A stretch of 64,000 nucleotides of DNA from an uncultured Lentisphaeria bacterium (GTDB lineage Bacteria; Fidelibacterota; UBA8477; JABMPR01). The stretch is from positions 54,872 through 118,871 of the forward strand of contig CAZOBQ010000002.1 in assembly GCA_964578155.1 (NCBI GenBank). Direction: 5' to 3'. Under the pieces are notes generated by a model, which did not search any database, was not told the DNA's origin, and saw only the letters and a list, made by a program, of their open reading frames with translations. Shown piece after piece: positions 35,729-43,817 of this stretch; position 1 is the first letter of the stretch, and each line of letters opens with the position of its first letter. The position numbers and the translations under genes are program-made.

Positions 35729-37102
35729 CTATTCCTTTATAGAAACTGCCGAGCGCAGTCGGTTTTCATTCAAAGCCCTGAGAATATTTCGTACCTCATC
35801 ATAACTAGGATCGATCTGTAGGGCAATATTCCAGTTGATCGTCGCGCGATCAATTTGATTCAATTTATAATAGATGGACCCTCTACGGGCATAAGCCAGC
35901 GCCAGGTTGGGATTAAACTCTAAGGCCTGGTTAATCTCGCTGAGAGCATCTTCATATTCTTCATTGTAAAACAAGCGTAGAGAGCGTGAAAGGTGCTTCA
36001 GGGCTTGATTAATCTGTGCATCTGATACATGACGAGCAAGCTGCAGTGCAGCAACAGAGTCTTCAACCACCTGGTTGCGTTGTTCAAGCTGCTCCACCAT
36101 ACGATTCAAGTGTTCTATCTCAGTAGCCGACATTCTCAAGGAATCTCTTAAGACTAGTAATTGTTGTTCCTGCGCTTTATGCCAGCTGGAATCAATAACA
36201 GTACGCATGGGAACGCCATCTTCAGTAACGACGCCGGCTATTTTGATACCACCACGTTGTTTACTGGCTGAAGATTTCACCCGTGGTAAGTAGTAATCCA
36301 GACCAATTCCAACTCCTGCAGGATTCTCACGATCCTCTCCTAAGTAAGGTAGGTTTTGGATATTTGAAAAGCCGAGAGTAATCTTGTATTCTTGGGTTAA
36401 TGGAATTTTAATACCGGTATTGATCCCTGTTCCATCAAACTCCAGAATAAAATCCATACCGCCACGATCGGCAAAAATGTTTGTATTCAAAAGCAAGCCA
36501 AGGAAGAAGCCCATACTGTTATCCTTGGCGGTCTTAACTGTATCGAATGGTGTTGTTGTACTGTCTACAGTCAGGTCATATTTACCAAAGTTTGAACCAT
36601 ATCTACCTGAACCTACCCCGAGGTAAGTCTTTAGGCTATATCCGGAAAAACTATTCTCACGGGTAAGCAATATGTAGTAAGATAGATTTCGAACGCGTTC
36701 TTCGATATCCGTTGTGTCCGAGGTGCCTGTTGTAAAGCTGATATCATTCACACCAATACCGACTGCAGTTTCACCATAGGTCAGCAGACGATTTTGGATA
36801 TGCAGCGCCAACTCAGCTTCATTATTATTTGAACCTGATTGAATGGCTGACATTCCCAGTCGAAAATCACGAGTAATATCAGTCTCTAGAAAGGCTCCCT
36901 TATTAAAGAATTCACTCTCTAAAGCTCCACGAGTCGACTGTCCTGCGACACCAATCCTCAGCAGATACGGTTCACTGTAAAGACTGGATGTTGGAATGTG
37001 CATCATGGGACCGGGACGTGAATAATTCAATGCTGTCTGAGCATTGACAGCCAGTCCACTTGCCGCAATAATTAGTATCAATAATAGTCTAATAGTTTTC
37101 AT
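35729..37102 (-). CDS. Secreted beta-rich (YjbH/DUF940-like?) protein with a C-terminal coiled coil and TPR repeats
   Basis: Signal peptide. The N-terminal ~270 aa are beta-rich (GPMMHIPTSSL..., AVGIGVNDISF, YLGVGSGRYG). A heptad-rich segment follows, then TPR (YEDALSEINQALEFNPNLALAYARRGSIYYKLNQIDRA). Confidence 0.4.
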   Translation of the reverse strand: MKTIRLLLILIIAASGLAVNAQTALNYSRPGPMMHIPTSSLYSEPYLLRIGVAGQSTRGALESEFFNKGAFLETDITRDFRLGMSAIQSGSNNNEAELALHIQNRLLTYGETAVGIGVNDISFTTGTSDTTDIEERVRNLSYYILLTRENSFSGYSLKTYLGVGSGRYGSNFGKYDLTVDSTTTPFDTVKTAKDNSMGFFLGLLLNTNIFADRGGMDFILEFDGTGINTGIKIPLTQEYKITLGFSNIQNLPYLGEDRENPAGVGIGLDYYLPRVKSSASKQRGGIKIAGVVTEDGVPMRTVIDSSWHKAQEQQLLVLRDSLRMSATEIEHLNRMVEQLEQRNQVVEDSVAALQLARHVSDAQINQALKHLSRSLRLFYNEEYEDALSEINQALEFNPNLALAYARRGSIYYKLNQIDRATINWNIALQIDPSYDEVRNILRALNENRLRSAVSIKE

Positions 37103-37136
37103 TTGATGATCTCCGGGATCAGCCTTTCATCTCACT

Positions 37137-38012
37137 TTATTCCTGCACAAAACGCTTAGCCAGGGTTAAATACTCACTACCAGGATGTCTGGAAACCAGC
37201 TCTTGAAAGGCTAGTTTTGCTTCTGGAAGACGATCTTTGTTCTTAAATGCCAAACCAATCATGACTAAGGCGTCATCAAGCTTATCTGAATGCTGATAGC
37301 GTTGTACTTGCTCCAGTGTACTAATTGCCTGATCATACAAACCTTTTTCAAAATAACAGCGACCAACCCAATACTGGGCATTTGCTTGAAGGGTGACATC
37401 CGTACTTCTATTAACGATGGTGTTAAACTCATCAATCGCCTGATAATAATATTGCTGATGAAACTTGGTCAAGCCTGTTCTATAGGCAGCCTGCTCTTCA
37501 GCGGTAGATAATTTTGGTTCAGTTTGCACTTGAGCTAATGGTTGAGTAGTAACAGTTGTGTTTTTCCAGGGTGTATGTAATTCAGCAAAAACACTATCTG
37601 AACTTGCTGGCCTGGAAGGGTCAAATTGTGTGGCAGCTTGTGCTGGCTTGGACTGTTGATCCACTAAATTAGTGATTCGGGTAGATAAGAGTGCCTTATC
37701 CGTTTCCCCGGCTGCTTTGATTTGAGTAATCTCAGTTTGCAAGCTATCAATGACCATGGTTTGGTGTCTTAAACGAATCTCAGTTTCAACCAGTTTATGT
37801 TGATAGCGGTCCAGTTCTTCTTCCAACTCTAATTGTTCCTGTGACAATGCACCTTGAAGGGTGTTTACCTGCAGGGTGTCTAGAGCAGTTTTATTGGTAT
37901 CTTCGATTACCAGTCCAATATCATAAAACAAACCACTATTGCCTGTTTGTCCAAGGAGCAAGGTCCCGGAGAACAGAAGAATAAAGGCCAATGTGGTTTT
38001 ATGAGTCAGCAT
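37137..38012 (-). CDS. Periplasmic coiled-coil plus CpoB/YbgF-like TPR protein
   Basis: Signal peptide and a coiled-coil N-terminal half. The C-terminus is AYRTGLTKFHQQYYYQAIDEFNTIV...ANAQYWVGRCYFEKGLYDQAI...DDALVMIGLAF, which is a CpoB-type pattern. Confidence 0.55.
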   Translation of the reverse strand: MLTHKTTLAFILLFSGTLLLGQTGNSGLFYDIGLVIEDTNKTALDTLQVNTLQGALSQEQLELEEELDRYQHKLVETEIRLRHQTMVIDSLQTEITQIKAAGETDKALLSTRITNLVDQQSKPAQAATQFDPSRPASSDSVFAELHTPWKNTTVTTQPLAQVQTEPKLSTAEEQAAYRTGLTKFHQQYYYQAIDEFNTIVNRSTDVTLQANAQYWVGRCYFEKGLYDQAISTLEQVQRYQHSDKLDDALVMIGLAFKNKDRLPEAKLAFQELVSRHPGSEYLTLAKRFVQE

Positions 38013-38014
38013 GT

Positions 38015-38980
38015 CTATTTCCGTTGATTCCCTTTTAAGAAATCATGGGCTTGTAAAATCAGTTCGCTCTCTGGATAATCCAGGATAAAGCGATTCATTG
38101 TTTCTCTCGCTTTCAGGTAGCGTCCGATCTGCTGATAACTAATAGCAATTTTAAATAATGCATGATCACTTTTGTTGTTTTCCGCAAAAGCAAAAACCTT
38201 TTCAAATTCTCGTATGGCAGACTCAAAATCCTCGAGTGAGTAAAAACATTCACCAATCCAATATTGAGCATTGTCAGCATAGGCGCCTTGTGGCTCACGT
38301 TCTATGAGCACCCGGAAGTCCTGTATGGATTCGAGATACTCATTATTAAAATATTGATTTAAGGCATCATTATAAGCCATGCGGTAGTCTGCATTAAAGG
38401 CATATCCGTGGGCGACAGGTGGGGCCGCCATTTGAGGTTCTTCAGTCAAAACGGGGTCGTCTTTTTTAACTGGTAGCTCAACAAGAGGCTCTGGTTGGCG
38501 GGAAGCAGCTGGCTTTTCTTCAGCCATTTCTACTAACTTAACTTCTGTATTTGCTATTATAGCAAGTTGTTCGATCTGCATTTCCAATGAATCATTAAGC
38601 AGCAACAGGTCTTTCATGCCAACCTTTAAAGAATCGATCTCGCGAATAAGGACGTAGATGTTTCCACGTAGATTGATGATATCCGGGTCTCTGGGAGCAG
38701 ACACAACTTCGATGACTGGCTCCTCAGCTTTCTCTTCAAGCCGAGCTTGATAGACAACAATCTGAGAATCCATGACAGCAATGCTGGTTTTCAACTGTTC
38801 CACTTCTAGCCTGGATTCACGCAGCTTAACAACTTCAGCGGAAAGCGCTTTCATTTGGGACTGCATTTTCATCTGCTCGATATTCGCAGCAGGAGTCGCA
38901 GCTTCTTTTGGGGTACAAGCCGTGAGACCCCACAGAGCAATAGCTAGGATAGAAACTTTTGCTGTGTTTTTAAATATCAT
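38015..38980 (-). CDS. Lipoprotein with a coiled coil plus CpoB/YbgF-like TPR domain
   Basis: Starting at ATG 38980 gives MIFKNTAKVSILAIALWGLTAC with a lipobox. A coiled coil follows. The C-terminus is DNAQYWIGECFYSLEDFESAIREFEKV...HALFKIAISY. It overlaps the upstream gene by 11 nt. Confidence 0.55.
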   Translation of the reverse strand: MIFKNTAKVSILAIALWGLTACTPKEAATPAANIEQMKMQSQMKALSAEVVKLRESRLEVEQLKTSIAVMDSQIVVYQARLEEKAEEPVIEVVSAPRDPDIINLRGNIYVLIREIDSLKVGMKDLLLLNDSLEMQIEQLAIIANTEVKLVEMAEEKPAASRQPEPLVELPVKKDDPVLTEEPQMAAPPVAHGYAFNADYRMAYNDALNQYFNNEYLESIQDFRVLIEREPQGAYADNAQYWIGECFYSLEDFESAIREFEKVFAFAENNKSDHALFKIAISYQQIGRYLKARETMNRFILDYPESELILQAHDFLKGNQRK

Positions 38981-39962
38981 GCTCTTCCCAGTCAATGGAA
39001 TAAGAATAACCAATGAATGAACCAAAAGATTTAGGAATGTAGAGTTCAAACTCGCCAGATGCTCCAGGAAATAAGGAGGTGTCTGTATTGACACCGCTGG
39101 AAAAGACGTGATGTGAGCCCTTGACAAAAGCAGTCAGCTCGCGGGTGTCACCACTCCAATTGATCCTGAATAGAAAATTTACTTTAACAAAATCAGCGCG
39201 ACGACCACCAATGTTCTTTACTACACCAGAAAGAATGGTGTTACCACTTCTATCTTTGCGCTCTCTAATGCTACCGGAAAGAACCACATTGCCCGTATAT
39301 TTATTCTGCTGAGAGGCTCCCTTAACATCCTGAGTCCCGGACATGCCAGCTCTTGAGTTGTTAACATTCATAGGAGCACCGCCACCTGCCCTACTTGGCT
39401 CGCTGACAGCAGGAGCATTAGGATCAGTGGGAACATTGTCTACAATTCGAAGAACTTGATCACGAGACACAGTGAGTACACCGATCAATGTTTTAATCTG
39501 GATATTCTTTTTATCCTGATCAATCACATCACCAAATATTTTTGTGCCGTTCTCTAAATGTACTTCTTTACTATATATACTTAAGGGATTTGTCCAAACT
39601 TCACTTTGAGTCTGAAGCTCGGTTAATTTTTTCTTGACGTACTTTAATTCAGCTGCCATTCGCTTGATCTCATAATTGATCTCGCTAGCAACAAATTCTG
39701 AAGATCCACTTTGATCCGCAGCTTTGTTTTTGAGCTGATCTAGATTATAGATCAGGTTGTCAGCTTGTTCTCCACTTTGCCAGGCTGATTCATCTGAGGT
39801 ATTAGCTTCTACCCCTGCTGTCTCAGCACGATCTACAGAGTCCGTTTTTGTGGCAGAATCTTCCCAGGATTCTTCAGGGGATGACTTTCCGCCAAACATT
39901 GAACACTGTACAATAGTCAAGGTTAGAGCCAATAACAGTACTTGTATGCCATATTGCTTCAT
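38970..39962 (-). CDS. Lipoprotein of unknown function (first gene of the motor-like operon)
   Basis: Starting at ATG 39962 gives MKQYGIQVLLLALTLTIVQC with a lipobox. It has an acidic linker, a short coiled coil, and a C-terminal beta-sandwich-like domain (..VVKNIGGRRADFVKVNF...GASGEFELYIP). The FELYIP motif is reminiscent of FxLYD domains, from memory only. Confidence 0.4.
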   Translation of the reverse strand: MKQYGIQVLLLALTLTIVQCSMFGGKSSPEESWEDSATKTDSVDRAETAGVEANTSDESAWQSGEQADNLIYNLDQLKNKAADQSGSSEFVASEINYEIKRMAAELKYVKKKLTELQTQSEVWTNPLSIYSKEVHLENGTKIFGDVIDQDKKNIQIKTLIGVLTVSRDQVLRIVDNVPTDPNAPAVSEPSRAGGGAPMNVNNSRAGMSGTQDVKGASQQNKYTGNVVLSGSIRERKDRSGNTILSGVVKNIGGRRADFVKVNFLFRINWSGDTRELTAFVKGSHHVFSSGVNTDTSLFPGASGEFELYIPKSFGSFIGYSYSIDWEEHDI

Positions 39963-40038
39963 ACGCAGCCTCTTCCGACTTAACATCGCTTCCAGTTTTA
40001 ATACGGTTATGTATCTGTCCTGCACCGTATTCGTCTAG

Positions 40039-40067
40039 AATTTAGGGGCTTTTTAAAATCTTGTCAA
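40039..40067 (-). promoter_or_regulatory. Putative sigma70-type promoter of the 8-gene motor-like operon
   Basis: On the minus strand: TTGACA (40067-40062), a 17-nt spacer, then TAAATT (40044-40039). It lies about 70 nt upstream of ATG 39962. Confidence 0.35.
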
Positions 40068-40218
40068 GAAAATACAGCTGTTTTTTAGGGACTTATGGGG
40101 AATACTTAAGAAAATGCTTTAAGTAACACCATATATTGTGGTTTCTATTTAAGGTGAATCTGTATCTTGTATAAAAAAAGGGCATAAAAAGTCATTTTTG
40201 GATAAAAAAATCAATGAT

Positions 40219-40689
40219 TTAAGCAGTTTTTTCATTTTTTAAGGAAATTTGTGCCAGGGCGAGGGCAGGCGACGAGGTGAGTAATTTTGGAATAGCAGCC
40301 AGGGCTTTGCGATAAGGTTCCCATGAAACGAGAGCCACAGCCTCTTCAAGTGGAACCCATTGAAATTTATCATGTTCATGACTGAGAGTAGGATCTTTAA
40401 AGTTTACTTCGGCAATGAACACCGGGACGTGAATGGTTTCATTTGAGGCATGGAGATAATAGATCGAGACATGATCAAGGGCATAGAAATTCAGAGGATT
40501 CAAATTGGTTTCTTCTTGAAGCTCACGGATACCTGCCTGCCAAGCTGTCTCACCGCCTTTGACTTTTCCCGCCACTGCCTGCCAGATATTTGGGTAAGTA
40601 TTGTCCGGAGATCGCCTCATGAGCAGAAATCTCAGCCCATCCTCAGTTTTGGCAAAAGGGAAAACATCGATGTATTGCATGGGTGTCAT
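40219..40689 (-). CDS. NUDIX hydrolase
   Basis: The NUDIX box is present: GKVKGGETAWQAGIRELQEETNL. Confidence 0.85.
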   Translation of the reverse strand: MTPMQYIDVFPFAKTEDGLRFLLMRRSPDNTYPNIWQAVAGKVKGGETAWQAGIRELQEETNLNPLNFYALDHVSIYYLHASNETIHVPVFIAEVNFKDPTLSHEHDKFQWVPLEEAVALVSWEPYRKALAAIPKLLTSSPALALAQISLKNEKTA

Positions 40690-40714
40690 GCTATAAGATA
40701 TGTGGATTGGTGAG

Positions 40715-40743
40715 CCTTGCGAAGGTTTAAAACCTTCGCAAGG
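40715..40743. repeat. Perfect 14-bp-arm palindrome (possible terminator or protein site)
   Basis: ccttgcgaaggttt-a-aaaccttcgcaagg, 16 nt downstream of the methyltransferase gene. It has no flanking T-run. Confidence 0.45.
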
Positions 40744-40758
40744 TTACTTTACTAAACC

Positions 40759-41409
40759 TTAACTTTTCTGAAAGAGAACCACGGTTTTGCCTACAAATTC
40801 AAGCTTCGCCCCCCAGCGTTCTGCAAGCCAGGCAAAGGTCTTGAGCGAAAAGAAGATTACGTGTGTCTCATCGAGAATGTAGTGCCAGGACGAAAAGTCG
40901 GATTCAGGGAGACGGATGCCGGTCATGATTCCCAGTGTTCCAGACGGTTTAAGACATGACCAGAGTCGATCCAGCTCTTCCAGTGGGTGATGCAGATGTT
41001 CAACAACTTCAGTACTGGTAATAAAATCATACTGAAGTTGGAAAACAGATTCATCTCGGGCATAGTAGGCATCATAAATCGCCATCTTGTGACCCTGCTC
41101 CTCAAACATCATCTTGAGTAAAGGACCTGGTCCAGACCCAAAATCCAGACCTGCGGACTTTCCAGGGATATGCTGGATCATAGGCTTGTATAGCTTTTCA
41201 AGAAAGGAGCGATACCCACCATCTTCCGGATTATTCTCATGGAGCTCATAGCGTTTGAATTCTTCTTCACGACTGAGATAAGAATCGGGATGAGCAAAGA
41301 CCAAATCACATTCTGGACAGAAAAGATATCTTCTTAACTGATCCTCATGAAATAATTGAGGCTCGGGACTGGAACAAAGCGGGCAAGGATTAGAAATATA
41401 TTTAGACAT
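40759..41409 (-). CDS. Class I SAM-dependent methyltransferase with an N-terminal CxxC...CxxC zinc ribbon
   Basis: CPLCSS...CPECDL, then GLDFGSGPGPLL. I prefer ATG 41409 because the listed start lies inside the ssb terminator hairpin. Confidence 0.75.
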   Translation of the reverse strand: MSKYISNPCPLCSSPEPQLFHEDQLRRYLFCPECDLVFAHPDSYLSREEEFKRYELHENNPEDGGYRSFLEKLYKPMIQHIPGKSAGLDFGSGPGPLLKMMFEEQGHKMAIYDAYYARDESVFQLQYDFITSTEVVEHLHHPLEELDRLWSCLKPSGTLGIMTGIRLPESDFSSWHYILDETHVIFFSLKTFAWLAERWGAKLEFVGKTVVLFQKS

Positions 41410-41420
41410 GATGATAAATA

Positions 41421-41450
41421 ACAAAGCGGGGAACTCACTCCCCGCTTTGT
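41421..41450 (-). terminator. Hairpin terminator downstream of ssb
   Basis: acaaagcgggga-actcac-tccccgctttgt: a 12-bp stem, followed on the minus strand by a T-rich tatttat. Confidence 0.55.
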
Positions 41451-41473
41451 TGAATCAAAGTGTAGTCTTATAC

Positions 41474-41941
41474 CTAGAAAGGTAAGGGTTCGTCATCCTC
41501 GCCACCACCAAAGGGAGCACCACCAGGGGCAGAACCACCAGAAGGGGTGCCACCACTAAAGCCACCGCTATTTTCTTGACTGCGTGCACCACCCTGTGAT
41601 CCGCCACCGCTACCAAGCGGGGTAACAGTTAGGGCGACAATCTCCGTTGTATACTTTTTAACGCCATCTCTGTCTTCCCAGGAACGGGTTTGAAGACGAC
41701 CATCAATATAGATTAAAGAGCCTTTGTCTAGATAATTGGCTACAAACTCTGCAGTTTTACCAAAGACAACCACTCGGTGCCACTCAGTTGAGTCGATATT
41801 ATTACCGCTAGCATCCTTACGAGTTTCGTTGGTGGCTATGGTGATATTGGTAACTGCCGTTTGTGCTGGTGTATATTTCAGTTCAGGCTTTTGACCCATA
41901 CGACCTACAATTATTGCTTTATTAACACTATTCTTTTGCAT
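41474..41941 (-). CDS. ssb: Single-stranded DNA-binding protein
   Basis: An OB fold (NKAIIVGRMGQKPELKYT...TEWHRVVVFGK), a Gly-rich linker, and the acidic tip DDEPLPF. Confidence 0.95.
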   Translation of the reverse strand: MQKNSVNKAIIVGRMGQKPELKYTPAQTAVTNITIATNETRKDASGNNIDSTEWHRVVVFGKTAEFVANYLDKGSLIYIDGRLQTRSWEDRDGVKKYTTEIVALTVTPLGSGGGSQGGARSQENSGGFSGGTPSGGSAPGGAPFGGGEDDEPLPF

Positions 41942-41987
41942 GATTCCTCCAGTTGACCTCAGTAGGTCGTTTAAAAAGAGCTGTAAT

Positions 41988-42470
41988 TTAATTCAATTCA
42001 GGGTATTCACTGATCCATTTTTCGAGATCTGAAATAAGCCAGGCTCGAAGACTGAATCCAATATTTTTCAAGGCAATGGCCTCCCAAATGCCTGCTGTAA
42101 CATGAGCCCAGGACTCATCAAACTGATTTAGATCTTCATCCTCACCAAAAACGGCCACAATACCTTCCTTGTCCTCATAAACGTTTGACATATCCGGGAA
42201 GCGAGCGATGCTGGCAGTTGTCGTTGGCCCTATTAAGGGATTTTCGGGTGAGAGATTAATGTGATCTTTTACGAATCTATTTGTTGACTGCATTTCAACA
42301 GGCTGATATAGAAATATGGCAGATCGTTCTTGTGATCCCTCAAGTTGTGTAATGCTTTGACGGCAATCATCCACTTTTGATGAGAAAGGGTAAATTGTTG
42401 TATCAGGAAATGCGGTCTTAAGCATTTTGAGAAAGTCAGGAGCACAAAATATGATCGATGCAGAACTCAC
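41988..42470 (-). CDS. Hypothetical protein with a truncated purine-nucleoside-phosphorylase-like segment
   Basis: 160 aa. NLSPENPLIGPTTTASIARFPDMSNVYE resembles the NPLxGpN...RFpdMs..Y block of PNP-family enzymes. The N-terminal phosphate-binding region is missing. Confidence 0.3.
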   Translation of the reverse strand: MSSASIIFCAPDFLKMLKTAFPDTTIYPFSSKVDDCRQSITQLEGSQERSAIFLYQPVEMQSTNRFVKDHINLSPENPLIGPTTTASIARFPDMSNVYEDKEGIVAVFGEDEDLNQFDESWAHVTAGIWEAIALKNIGFSLRAWLISDLEKWISEYPELN

Positions 42471-43090
42471 GCTTCGTTAAAGTCCTCTGGCTCACTAAAA
42501 AAGACATCGTCCTGTTCCTTCGCTGGCTCTTCAGGCTCTTCAGGTGGCAGGTCTTCAACAGCAAGATCAGCCTGGGAAAAATCTACGATACGCTCTGGTC
42601 CAAAGTCTGAACTCTCCACATCTAGAGGGCTTGACTTATCTCCTTCAAATGATGCTTCTAAGACGTCGAGGTTAGAACGGAGGATACTTTTCAGTTTAGC
42701 CAGCATGGCATCTCTTTCGTTCCTAAGATTACGAACCTCAGCTTGTACTTCAGCAAGGTTCTCCTTGGCCGAGAAGAGGAGTGCATCTTTCTCAGTCTGG
42801 GTCTTACGCAATATGGTATCCGCCTCGTTACGAGCATTTTGTAAAACCTCTCTAGAGGTCTCTTTAGCCTGGTTTAAAGTCTCTTTGAGGCTCTCCTCCA
42901 CATTTGAATAGGTTTGGAGGGCTAATCGAGCTTCTTTATTCTCCTGATGGATTTCATTAAGCTCGCGGGTAAGAGTTTCCATCTCATCAGCGACTTCATC
43001 AAGAAATTGATTTACCTGTTCTTTATTAAAGCCCAAAGCGCCTTGCTTAAATTCTAACTCTCGAATCTCTTGTGGAGTTAATCGTCCCAT
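42467..43090 (-). CDS. divIVA: DivIVA-domain protein
   Basis: LTPQEIRELEFKQGALGFNKEQVNQFLDEV followed by a coiled coil. Confidence 0.85.
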   Translation of the reverse strand: MGRLTPQEIRELEFKQGALGFNKEQVNQFLDEVADEMETLTRELNEIHQENKEARLALQTYSNVEESLKETLNQAKETSREVLQNARNEADTILRKTQTEKDALLFSAKENLAEVQAEVRNLRNERDAMLAKLKSILRSNLDVLEASFEGDKSSPLDVESSDFGPERIVDFSQADLAVEDLPPEEPEEPAKEQDDVFFSEPEDFNEA

Positions 43091-43100
43091 AACCTACTCC

Positions 43101-43802
43101 TTAGTATGTTCTAGCACCAAAAATGGCTGTTCCTACGCGAATATGCGTAGCGCCTTCTTCAATGGCGATCTCAAAGTCACTGGACATCCCCATAGAAAGC
43201 ATGGCCTTAGTTTCATCCAAACCGATCTGTTGTTTGACCTCATCGCTGAGCGCTTTCATTTTTCGAAATGCGTGCCGTATCCGATCCTCGTCACTGGTAA
43301 GCGGACCTATCGTCATCAAACCCATGAAGTCAAGCTGGGGTTTCTCCGCGCAATAAGCCGCTAAAGCTAATGCCTCCTGTGGTTCCACGCCTTCTTTATT
43401 GGCTTCTCCGCTTATGTTTACCTCTACCAGGATCGGGATGGTAATATCTTGAGCACCAAATCGTTGATCAATTGCATCTGCAATTTTAGTTGAGTCCACG
43501 GTATGGATAATATCGACTCGACCAGGTAGATACTTCACCTTATTCGACTGTAGGTGGCCAATAAAATGTCTGGTTATACCTTCTTGAGAAAAAGCAGGAA
43601 ATTTATCTCGAACCTCCTGGGCTCTGTTCTCACCAAAATGTCTTAGTCCAGCATCATAAGCGAACTGCATTGCTTCAATGGGTTTTCGTTTACTGACACC
43701 TATGAGTGTAATGTCATCAGGATTGCGCCCAACCCTGTTGGCAGCCTGAGCCACACGATCCAGAATATGGTACAGGCGCAGTGAATAATAGGATTTATTC
43801 AT
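43101..43802 (-). CDS. yggS: YggS-family PLP-binding (PLP homeostasis) protein
   Basis: LIGVSKRKP, HFIGHLQSNK, LSMGMSSDFEIAIEEGATHIRVGTAIFG. Confidence 0.9.
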   Translation of the reverse strand: MNKSYYSLRLYHILDRVAQAANRVGRNPDDITLIGVSKRKPIEAMQFAYDAGLRHFGENRAQEVRDKFPAFSQEGITRHFIGHLQSNKVKYLPGRVDIIHTVDSTKIADAIDQRFGAQDITIPILVEVNISGEANKEGVEPQEALALAAYCAEKPQLDFMGLMTIGPLTSDEDRIRHAFRKMKALSDEVKQQIGLDETKAMLSMGMSSDFEIAIEEGATHIRVGTAIFGARTY

Positions 43803-43817
43803 GGATCTACTCCTATA

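Noticed and set aside
34258-38980. Tol-Pal system (TolQ/TolR/TolA/CpoB) as the explanation for the MotA/MotB/coiled-coil/TPR genes
   Set aside because: The channel protein has the 4-TM MotA/PomA layout, with a long loop between TM2 and TM3 and a MotA-type C-terminus, not the 3-TM TolQ layout. MotB carries an OmpA-like domain. A FliG-like gene is co-transcribed. No TolB or Pal is present.
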